Below, piece by piece: positions 6,654-12,148 of a DNA stretch of 12,148 bases. The stretch comes from a bacterium (GTDB taxonomy: Bacteria; UBA10199; 2-02-FULL-44-16; JAAZCA01): positions 1-12,148 of the forward strand of contig DAONII010000020.1 in assembly GCA_035405085.1 (NCBI GenBank), given 5' to 3'. The notes below the pieces were generated by a model. The model saw only the letters and a program-made list of their open reading frames with translations. It was not told the DNA's origin and did no database searches. The number at the start of each line of letters is the position of its first letter. Within the stretch, counting starts at the first letter, position 1. Made by a program: the position numbers and the translations under genes.

Positions 6654-7694
6654 TTACCTCCTCCTCCTCCTCGCGAGCGGTATGGCCAGCGCCGGCAGGA
6701 GCAGGAGCAACCCCATCGGATTGAATGCAGCGCCGGGGATAAGGGCGCAAGAACCGTCTGCGGCTGCAGCGAAGGATTCGGGAGTCACGGTCGAGCCGCT
6801 CTCGAGCTGCATCCTCATCGCCTCCTTTTCGTCGCAGATTGCGCCGGCGGGAATCACCTGGTCGTAGTTCGCCACGTCCCTGCAGTTGTCCACGGAGTCC
6901 GGCACGCCGTCTCCGTCCGCGTCGCGGTCGGAGAGAACGAGTGCAGAGGCGGTGGAGATGAGCGGGCTGAGTTCCGGCACGAGCTTACCGTCCTCGTCCC
7001 TTATCGCCGCGGCGAACATCATCGTGCGGAAGCCCATGCCCATCGGCGTATCGGAGAGCGCTATTTTCCACTTCCTGGCGACCTCGTCCGCCGTGGTGCC
7101 GGTCAGCTTGAACTGCTCCAGAGTGGCCTCCGGGAGGGCGCAGCGGAAATACCCGGCATCGCCGACCACGCGGTCGTCAACGCAACGCACCTCGCACTCC
7201 GCCTGCTCCACTATGCGGTTCATAAGGGGCGCGGCCGGAAAGACGATCAGCGGAAAAATCTTCGCGTTTGCCAGTCTGGCCAAACACCTTGTGTTCTCGA
7301 TTGGAACGGGATGGAGCTTGTCGCAGTAAGCGCCCAGGATCCCAGGCATGTCGACGCCCTTTTCGAGCTTCACGTACGGCGCCTTCAGTTTGCCGTAGAG
7401 GATCACCTGGTGCCTCGCGCCGTCCTCGCTTAGCTTGATCGCGATGAGGTAGTCGTCGAGGTGCTTTGACAGCACGCGCTCCTTAGTCCAGGGCTCGAGC
7501 GGATCCAACACGGGGCCCGGGGTGGGAAGCGGCGGCTGTGGTTGAGGCGGCACGGGCTGCACCTGCCCCGGCAGAACCGAAGGCGGAATGATGACCGGCG
7601 GATCAAACGTAGGCGGGCCCGCAAAGGCCGCCTTCGCGCCGAAGGCTATGAGCATCAGTACCGAGACTAAAAGCGCAGGAGCAATCCTCTTCAT
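6654..7694 (-). CDS. Secreted protein: signal peptide, Pro-rich linker, Cys-rich domain, thrombospondin-type-3-like Ca-binding repeat, and a C-terminal hydrophobic helix plus RRRRR (exosortase/PEP-CTERM-like sorting tail)
   Basis: ATG at 7694 gives MKRIAPALLVSVLMLIAFGAKAAFAGPP, an n-h-c signal peptide. It is preceded by a perfect GAGGAGG (plus-strand CCTCCTC at 7700-7706) with a 5-nt spacer. The track's longer start at 7817 lacks an RBS and reads through a palindrome. Linker: PPQPQPPLPTPGP. Repeat: DRDADGDGVPDSVDNCRDVANYDQ (a DxDxDGxxDxxDNC TSP3-type repeat). Tail: ...IPGAAFNPMGLLLLLPALAIPLARRRRR-stop. Confidence 0.8.
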   Translation of the reverse strand: MKRIAPALLVSVLMLIAFGAKAAFAGPPTFDPPVIIPPSVLPGQVQPVPPQPQPPLPTPGPVLDPLEPWTKERVLSKHLDDYLIAIKLSEDGARHQVILYGKLKAPYVKLEKGVDMPGILGAYCDKLHPVPIENTRCLARLANAKIFPLIVFPAAPLMNRIVEQAECEVRCVDDRVVGDAGYFRCALPEATLEQFKLTGTTADEVARKWKIALSDTPMGMGFRTMMFAAAIRDEDGKLVPELSPLISTASALVLSDRDADGDGVPDSVDNCRDVANYDQVIPAGAICDEKEAMRMQLESGSTVTPESFAAAADGSCALIPGAAFNPMGLLLLLPALAIPLARRRRR

Positions 7695-7699
7695 AAGAA

Positions 7700-7706
7700 C
7701 CTCCTC
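7700..7706 (-). promoter_or_regulatory. Shine-Dalgarno site GAGGAGG for the secreted-protein gene
   Basis: The reverse complement of CCTCCTC lies 5 nt upstream of the ATG at 7694. Confidence 0.7.
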
Positions 7707-7807
7707 AAATGGCCCCCTTGGTATTTTATCCATCCAATAAGGATACTTAGCAAACTTCAGGCCAAAAGGGTATTCAATTTTCAACGGGATGCCCGCAGCA
7801 GCGCGCA

Positions 7808-7836
7808 GGTCCTGCATCCGGAGGGGATGCAGGCCC
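7808..7836. promoter_or_regulatory. Perfect 9-bp inverted repeat CCTGCATCC-GGAGG-GGATGCAGG (possible operator or RNA hairpin) in the 5' region of the secreted-protein gene
   Basis: Read directly from the sequence: 7811-7819 is CCTGCATCC and 7825-7833 is GGATGCAGG, with a 5-nt spacer. There is no adjacent U-tract on either strand, so it is not a classic intrinsic terminator. It lies about 115-140 nt upstream of the 7694 start. Confidence 0.3.
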
Positions 7837-7960
7837 CAATGCCGTGTAATAACTGGTTTTTTAAACTTCCCCGGCGTCCGGAAAAGCGTGTGGGCCGACA
7901 GACAAAAAAACCCGACCGATGGCGTATTTCAACTCCAGGCCTTTCATAACGATAAAAGCG

Positions 7961-9049
7961 TCAATCGGCCGACGCCTTGCCCAGCATGCGGAAATTAAGC
8001 TCCACAGAGGCAAAGGGCCCGGCCCCGAAATCGATCCGGTTGTAGTCGCGGTCCTTGTATACGGAGCGGCTCTCGAAGGAGTTCCGGTCGAATACCCACC
8101 CCCCGGCGAGCTTCAGCTCCGCCCAGCGCGCCGGGCGAAGGCGCACCCCGCCGGAGATCCGCTTGTCGACCAGGAAGAGCCTGAGCTTCTTGTCCGGCTG
8201 AGCGTTGCGGAAATAGGTCTCGTTCGACCATACAAATTCCGTGAACGCCCGCACCGGCGGTATGAAGTCGTATCCGAGTTCAGCCGTGATCTTCAAAAGA
8301 GGCAGATATGTGAGCGAAAGATTAGCCTTGTATTCGGGAAAGAGCGTAGCCGCGATGACCGGCAGCCCTATGAGGCCGCGACACCAGCGGTTTCCTCCGA
8401 AAACAAACCCGAATCCGGGCAGAGGGATATGGTTCGCGAAGTCGCGGTTGTTCGAGTAGTTGAGAAAAGCGACCCACGCATTTCTCTTGCCCGACGGGAT
8501 CCTCATGAACCATGTCGCGATAAGTTCGGCGTCATCGAAACGACCGAAAGGAACGTCGCTCGCAGAGCCGAACTGGATCGAAATCCCGCTGGTCCAGTCG
8601 TTTGAGAATTTGCGCCTGTAGGTAGGGCCGAATCGGACGTCCGTCAAATTCTTCGGAAAGGGCTCCCCCGTCGTCGGCAGAACCGCGTCGGTCTCTATTA
8701 CGTGCGCCCGCACGCTCCCCTGAAACGTGAGTTCGTCTTGCCGGTTTTGCCACACCGGCACGGAGAGGAAAAGCTGCTGCTCGAGAGATGAATAAAATGT
8801 CCCCTGGCCGCTAACCTGCTCCGAAGGCAACACGAGCATCCGGTAGCGGAGAACCGGTCTGGCGCCCCCAACGTTCGGTGACGCGAATGCCGAAAAGGCC
8901 GGCTGGCCGGCCGCATCGGAAGGCCAGAAAAAGGCAAAACTGAGCGCCAACAGGGCTGTTAAGAGGGCTTTTCGCACGGACCGCAGAAGACACGCGCCGC
9001 CCCCCTTTGTCAACAGCGGCGTACCCCGTTTCGACTTTACTGGAGGCAA
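7961..9049 (-). CDS. Exported beta-rich protein of unknown function (possible outer-membrane or periplasmic protein); start codon uncertain
   Basis: The ORF stays open from a TTG at 9049 to TGA at 7961-7963. An internal in-frame GTG at 8977 would give MRKALLTALLALSFAFFWPSDAAGQP, a textbook signal peptide. The mature part is rich in alternating aromatic/hydrophilic stretches (FIPPVRAFTEFVWSNETYFRNA, RIDFGAGPFASVELNF), which suggests beta structure. No catalytic motif was recognised. Confidence 0.75.
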   Translation of the reverse strand: MPPVKSKRGTPLLTKGGGACLLRSVRKALLTALLALSFAFFWPSDAAGQPAFSAFASPNVGGARPVLRYRMLVLPSEQVSGQGTFYSSLEQQLFLSVPVWQNRQDELTFQGSVRAHVIETDAVLPTTGEPFPKNLTDVRFGPTYRRKFSNDWTSGISIQFGSASDVPFGRFDDAELIATWFMRIPSGKRNAWVAFLNYSNNRDFANHIPLPGFGFVFGGNRWCRGLIGLPVIAATLFPEYKANLSLTYLPLLKITAELGYDFIPPVRAFTEFVWSNETYFRNAQPDKKLRLFLVDKRISGGVRLRPARWAELKLAGGWVFDRNSFESRSVYKDRDYNRIDFGAGPFASVELNFRMLGKASAD

Positions 9050-9084
9050 ATCCGATAGTAATAGTGCAAACCGAACTTAAAAAA

Positions 9085-9091
9085 AAGGAGG
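9085..9091 (+). promoter_or_regulatory. Shine-Dalgarno site AAGGAGG for the Dps-like gene
   Basis: A consensus SD lies 6 nt upstream of the ATG at 9098, preceded by an A8 run. Confidence 0.75.
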
Positions 9092-9097
9092 CGAAAC

Positions 9098-9601
9098 ATG
9101 GGAGAGAAGGCACGGCAGATAATAGGCATGGATGCTGACGAACTCATCGGGCTCCTCAACAGGGCCTACGCCGACGAATGGCTCGCTTACTACCAGTACT
9201 GGATCGGCGCGAAGGTCATAAAGGGACCGATGAAGGACGCGATCGCGACAGAGCTCACGGAGCACGCGACCGAGGAGCTTCTTCACGCCGACATGGTCTC
9301 GAACAGGATACTGCAGCTCGGCGGCACGCCCGTGACAGAGCCGAAGGAGTGGTACTCACACACTAACTGCGGCTATGACACACCCTCGGATCCTCACGTG
9401 ACGAAACTTTTGGAACAGAACATAAAGGGAGAGCGCTGCGCCATCAAGGTATACAAGGAGCTCATGGATAAAACCCAGGGCAAGGACATGATCACCTACA
9501 ACATGGCCCTCAAGATCCTCGAGCAGGAGGTGGAACACGAGGAGGACCTTCAGGCGCTCGCCGAGGACCTGGAGCTGCTCTTCGCGAAATCCAGCCGCTA
9601 G
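9098..9601 (+). CDS. Dps-like ferritin-fold protein (DPSL / thioferritin family, COG2406, 'protein distantly related to bacterial ferritins')
   Basis: 167 aa. The motif pattern matches archaeal/anaerobe DPSL proteins: ELIGLLNRAYADEWLAYYQYW...ELTEHATEELLHADMVSNRILQLGG...CGYDTPSDP...GERCAIKVYKELMDKTQGKDMITYNMALKILEQEVEHEEDL. It includes the paired Cys and the EHE-containing di-iron ligand helices. Strong SD; terminator immediately downstream. Confidence 0.9.
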   Translation: MGEKARQIIGMDADELIGLLNRAYADEWLAYYQYWIGAKVIKGPMKDAIATELTEHATEELLHADMVSNRILQLGGTPVTEPKEWYSHTNCGYDTPSDPHVTKLLEQNIKGERCAIKVYKELMDKTQGKDMITYNMALKILEQEVEHEEDLQALAEDLELLFAKSSR

Positions 9602-9617
9602 AGGAAACGGAAGCTTT

Positions 9618-9657
9618 AAAAAACGAGGGCCGCCGGCTTCGGCGGCCCTCTTTCTTT
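9618..9657. terminator. Bidirectional rho-independent terminator: A6, then stem GAGGGCCGCCG, loop GCTT, stem CGGCGGCCCTC, then TTTCTTT
   Basis: An 11-bp perfect GC-rich stem at 9625-9650. The T-tract at 9651-9657 serves the plus-strand Dps-like gene. The A-tract at 9618-9623 gives a U-tract for the minus-strand SPFH gene, which ends at 9695. Confidence 0.75.
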
Positions 9658-9694
9658 GGCGACAATGGACGGGCGAAACAGCCCCGAGAAGATA

Positions 9695-10522
9695 CTACTG
9701 CCCTAGTATAATCGGCAGGCCGTCCTTGCCGGAGCCCACCACCACGATCTTGGTGTTGTCGCTCTTCGCGAGCTCGCGCGTGGCCTCGACGCCGCGAAGC
9801 TTTAAGATGTTGTCGGTGAGCCCCCTGTTGACCTCGAAGTTGTAGTCGCTGATCCCCTTCGCCTCGATGCGCTTTCTCTCGGCCTCCTGGCTCTCCCTCT
9901 GCAAAACGAACTTCATCTGCTCGGCCTGCTGCTCGGCCTCGAGCTTTTTCTCTATGGCCACGGAGAGGATCTCCGGCAGCTTCACCGCGCGCAGAAGAAC
10001 GCGCTCGAGCCTTATGCCCCTTCCCTCGAGCATCGGCTTCAGCTGTTCGAACATCTGCGTCGCAAGCGCCTCGCGCTCGGCCGTGTAGAGGGCCTTTGCC
10101 TCGTAGCCGGCGGTCACGCCGCGGACGACCGACCTGAGCTGCGGCACCACTATGATGTCTATGTAATTAGGGCCAACGGTCTTGAAGACGTCCGGCGCAA
10201 CCCTGGGCTCGAGGCTTACCAGCGCAGAGAGGTCAAGGGTTACGATCAAGCCCTCCTTCGAGGGGACGTTCGCATCCTCCGGTATCTGAACGGTGCGGAC
10301 GCTCATCTTGTGCACGTTCAGGAGAGGGTTGATGATATGGATTCCGGCATCGAGGGACTTGTCATATACCTTTCCGAAGAGCTCCATCACGCCGACGTGG
10401 CCGGCCGGGACTACCGTGATCGACTTGATCAGCAGAACCACCAGCACGATCACGCCTATGCCGATGTATCTTATGTTCTTGGAGATGCTGGGCACGTTCA
10501 CGCCCGGAATCAGTTCCGCCAT
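9695..10522 (-). CDS. SPFH/band-7 family membrane protein (prohibitin/HflC-like), N-terminal TM anchor
   Basis: N-terminal hydrophobic anchor IRYIGIGVIVLVVLLI, followed by a PHB-domain pattern (VVPAGHVGVMELFGKVY...GLIVTLDLSALVSLEP...YIDIIVVPQLRSVVRGVTAGYEAKALYT) and a C-terminal coiled coil (AIEKKLEAEQQAEQMKFVLQRESQEAERKRIEAKG). ATG at 10522 is preceded by GAGGAGGAGG with a 4-nt spacer. Confidence 0.9.
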   Translation of the reverse strand: MAELIPGVNVPSISKNIRYIGIGVIVLVVLLIKSITVVPAGHVGVMELFGKVYDKSLDAGIHIINPLLNVHKMSVRTVQIPEDANVPSKEGLIVTLDLSALVSLEPRVAPDVFKTVGPNYIDIIVVPQLRSVVRGVTAGYEAKALYTAEREALATQMFEQLKPMLEGRGIRLERVLLRAVKLPEILSVAIEKKLEAEQQAEQMKFVLQRESQEAERKRIEAKGISDYNFEVNRGLTDNILKLRGVEATRELAKSDNTKIVVVGSGKDGLPIILGQ

Positions 10523-10732
10523 TTTGCCTCCTCCTCTGTGTTGTTTTCGTCGAAAGACAAGGTATTTCGCCGGAGGTCATCACATGGAGAGGACAATTGC
10601 AACGCTAACCGGACAGCCCCCGCACATCCTCTAACCGCGCGCGTTGCCGGAGCAGTCCCGCTAATGCTTGACTATTCCATCAGGCCGGATAGCTCTTGGG
10701 CATCGCTCTTTTGACCTTAAGGAGGACCACCT
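10523..10732. promoter_or_regulatory. Divergent intergenic/promoter region between the SPFH gene (minus) and the peptidase gene (plus)
   Basis: A 210-bp spacer between two divergently oriented starts. It contains a TTGACT hexamer (10667-10672) and a short SD-led uORF. No confident -10 was identified. Confidence 0.35.
10584..10634 (+). CDS. Possible 16-codon upstream small ORF (MERTIATLTGQPPHIL) with its own GGAGG SD; speculative
   Basis: ATG at 10584 lies 7 nt downstream of GGAGG (10572-10576). TAA stop at 10632-10634, 98 nt upstream of the peptidase start on the same strand. Confidence 0.15.
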   Translation: MERTIATLTGQPPHIL

Positions 10733-12148
10733 ATGAGAAAAGTGCTGATGACCCCTGTCGCGGTAGCCTCGGCCATGTTCCTGGCGGCGAGCTCGGGAAT
10801 CGCGTCCGCCGCTTACAAGCCCGATGCGAACGCCCCGCGCTCCTCGGTCCCCGCGGAATATAAATGGAAGACGGACCGCATCCTGAAGGGCGACGGGGCA
10901 TGGGAGGCCGCCGTGCGGGGGGTCGACGCGGGGCTCAAGCTGCTTTCGAAGCACAGGGGGAAGCTCTCCTCCTCACAGGCCATACGCCGATGCATGGACG
11001 ATTTCGTCGGGGTGAGAAAGCTGATGGATCGGGTGAGCCTCTACGCCAGCCTCAAACACACGGAGGACGACGGCGTCGAAAAGTACAACCGCATGCACCA
11101 GCGCTCACTCGCCCTCACCAGGCGATTCATGGACGGAACCTCATTCATAAAACAGGAGATACTCTCAATCGATGACGCCCGCATGGGCGAGCTCCTGAAG
11201 GAGGAAGCGCTCTCGCCGTACCGGAAGGCCATCGGGGAGATGCGCCGCCGCAAGGCGCACATGCTCCACCCCGAGGCCGAGCGCGTCATGAACCTCGCAG
11301 GCGACAACCTTCTGGCAGAGATAGATCTGAACGAGCTGCCGTCCGACGTCGAGCTCGTATTCAAAGCGGTTCAGCGCGACCTGCAGCTGCCAAGGATAAA
11401 GGACGAGGAGAACCGCGAAATCCAGCTAACGCTCGCAAACTACGGCAAATACCGCCAGTCGAAGGACCGACGCGTCAGGCGCGAGGCGGTCGAAGGATTT
11501 CTCGCCGCGCTGAAGAAATACGAGAACATACTCGCGGCAACGCTCGGCGGCGAGATGAGGCGCGACGTATGGCTCGCCCGCGCACGCCGTTACGACCGCG
11601 CGGTGGAGGCTTATCTCGACGTCGACAACGTGCCTCCCAGGGTGATGGACGATCTCGTGGCCGCGGTGCACAAAAACCTCAAGCCGCTGCACCGCTACGT
11701 CTCCCTCAGAAAGAAGCTCCTTTCGCTTCCCGACGTCCGCCTCTACGACCTGTACACACCCATCGTGCCGGCCGCGGCCAAGGATGTCCCCTACGAGGAG
11801 GCGGCGGCGGATCTCGTCGCCGCTGTCGCTCCACTCGGAAGCGAATACGCGGAGGCGCTCTCCTCAGGGGTCAAGCCGGGCAGCGGATGGGTCGACGTCT
11901 ACCCGAACAAGGGGAAACAGAGCGGCGCCTTCTCCGCTTCCATCTGGGGGGTGCACCCCTTCGTCAAGATGAACTACATGAACTCGCTCGACGACGCCTC
12001 CACGCTGGCCCACGAGTTCGGCCACGCGATGCACAGCTATCTTAACTCAAGGGCCAACCCTTACATTGAATCCGGCTACTCCACGTTCACCGCCGAGATC
12101 GCCTCCACCTTCAACGAGCACCTGCTGACCCGCCATCTTCTCAAACAG
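10733..12148 (+). CDS. pepF: Oligoendopeptidase F (M3B zinc metallopeptidase, PepF-like), N-terminal 472 aa, with a predicted signal peptide; continues past the window end
   Basis: ATG at 10733 is preceded by AAGGAGG with a 7-nt spacer. The frame is open to the end of the window. HEFGHAMH (HEXXH zinc site) and the flanking VDVYPNKGKQSGAFSASIWGVHPFVKMNYMNSLDDASTLAHEFGHAMHSYL are characteristic of M3B PepF. N-terminus MRKVLMTPVAVASAMFLAASSGIASA-AY looks like a cleavable signal peptide. Confidence 0.9.
   Translation, partial: MRKVLMTPVAVASAMFLAASSGIASAAYKPDANAPRSSVPAEYKWKTDRILKGDGAWEAAVRGVDAGLKLLSKHRGKLSSSQAIRRCMDDFVGVRKLMDRVSLYASLKHTEDDGVEKYNRMHQRSLALTRRFMDGTSFIKQEILSIDDARMGELLKEEALSPYRKAIGEMRRRKAHMLHPEAERVMNLAGDNLLAEIDLNELPSDVELVFKAVQRDLQLPRIKDEENREIQLTLANYGKYRQSKDRRVRREAVEGFLAALKKYENILAATLGGEMRRDVWLARARRYDRAVEAYLDVDNVPPRVMDDLVAAVHKNLKPLHRYVSLRKKLLSLPDVRLYDLYTPIVPAAAKDVPYEEAAADLVAAVAPLGSEYAEALSSGVKPGSGWVDVYPNKGKQSGAFSASIWGVHPFVKMNYMNSLDDASTLAHEFGHAMHSYLNSRANPYIESGYSTFTAEIASTFNEHLLTRHLLKQ

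Noticed and set aside
6654-7817. Longer 387-aa version of the secreted-protein gene starting at 7817
   Set aside because: It has no SD at 7817, whereas a perfect GAGGAGG precedes the internal ATG at 7694. The extension would place 41 residues before the signal peptide and would read through a perfect palindrome.
7808-7836. Inverted repeat as an intrinsic terminator for the convergent gene ending at 7961
   Set aside because: There is no U-tract on either side. The A7 run at 7897-7903 is about 60 nt away with no adjacent stable stem. It is kept only as a possible operator or regulatory hairpin.
7919-8605. 228-aa plus-strand ORF, and others (7995..8231, 8241..8459, 8532..8753, 8698..8937, 8811..9113), overlapping the exported-protein gene
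   Set aside because: Antisense or off-frame, with Arg/Pro-rich translations and no RBS.
7961-9049. Outer-membrane phospholipase A1 (OMPLA) identity for the exported beta-rich protein
   Set aside because: The segment LNYSNNRD only superficially resembles the OMPLA YNHDSNGRS catalytic loop. The catalytic His is missing, and there is no C-terminal aromatic residue.
9867-10714. Plus-strand ORFs 9867..10088, 10293..10634, 10310..10714, and minus-strand 10362..10583
   Set aside because: They overlap the well-supported SPFH gene in antisense or run through the divergent promoter region. Only the short SD-led portion at 10584..10634 was retained, as a low-confidence uORF.
10661-12045. ORFs 10661..10954(-), 10813..10995(-), 10864..11175(+), 11041..11364(-), 11426..11692(-), 11569..12045(+), 11784..11972(+)
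   Set aside because: All are alternate frames over the M3B peptidase gene. The peptidase frame is open from 10733 to the window end and has a strong SD, a signal peptide and the HEXXH motif.
1-12148. CRISPR arrays, tRNA/rRNA genes, IS elements or integrases
   Set aside because: I found no direct-repeat/spacer periodicity, no cloverleaf-like conserved tRNA features, and no transposase- or integrase-like ORFs. The region looks like ordinary chromosomal DNA rather than a mobile island.

Overview
This is a GC-rich bacterial chromosomal window. Several genes have strong Shine-Dalgarno sites, and there are two rho-independent bidirectional terminators. The codon usage is unusual: despite high GC, ATA (Ile), AGG/AGA (Arg) and AAA (Lys) codons are frequent. 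I find 9 solid protein-coding genes plus one edge fragment, and no rRNA, tRNA, CRISPR array or obvious mobile element.

In order along the window:
- A partial Cys-rich ORF of unknown function runs off the window start (minus strand).
- Upstream of it on the same strand is a MinD/ParA-type deviant-Walker-A ATPase with an N-terminal extension.
- Divergently transcribed from the ATPase is a tandem pair of diverged ~500-aa paralogs of unrecognisable function. Both share a conserved C-terminal module and a Lys/Arg/Ser-rich tail carrying a nucleotide-conserved K(K/R)RFGGI motif that resembles the MinD C-terminal membrane-targeting peptide.
- 46 bp after the paralogs, on the same strand, is a two-domain ABC-F ATPase with a C-terminal coiled coil (Uup-like).
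- On the opposite strand is a secreted Cys-rich protein with a Pro-rich linker, a thrombospondin-type-3-like Ca-binding repeat and a C-terminal hydrophobic helix followed by RRRRR (an exosortase-like sorting tail without a canonical PEP motif).
- Next is an exported beta-rich protein of unknown family.
- A Dps-like (DPSL/thioferritin, COG2406) ferritin-fold protein follows.
- Then an SPFH/band-7 (prohibitin-like) membrane protein.
- Last is the N-terminal ~470 aa of an M3B oligoendopeptidase F that unusually carries a signal peptide.

The most interesting candidate for an undescribed system is the paralog pair plus the adjacent ABC-F, and possibly the divergent MinD-like ATPase. Many ORFs in the six-frame track are GC-driven alternate-frame artefacts and were rejected.
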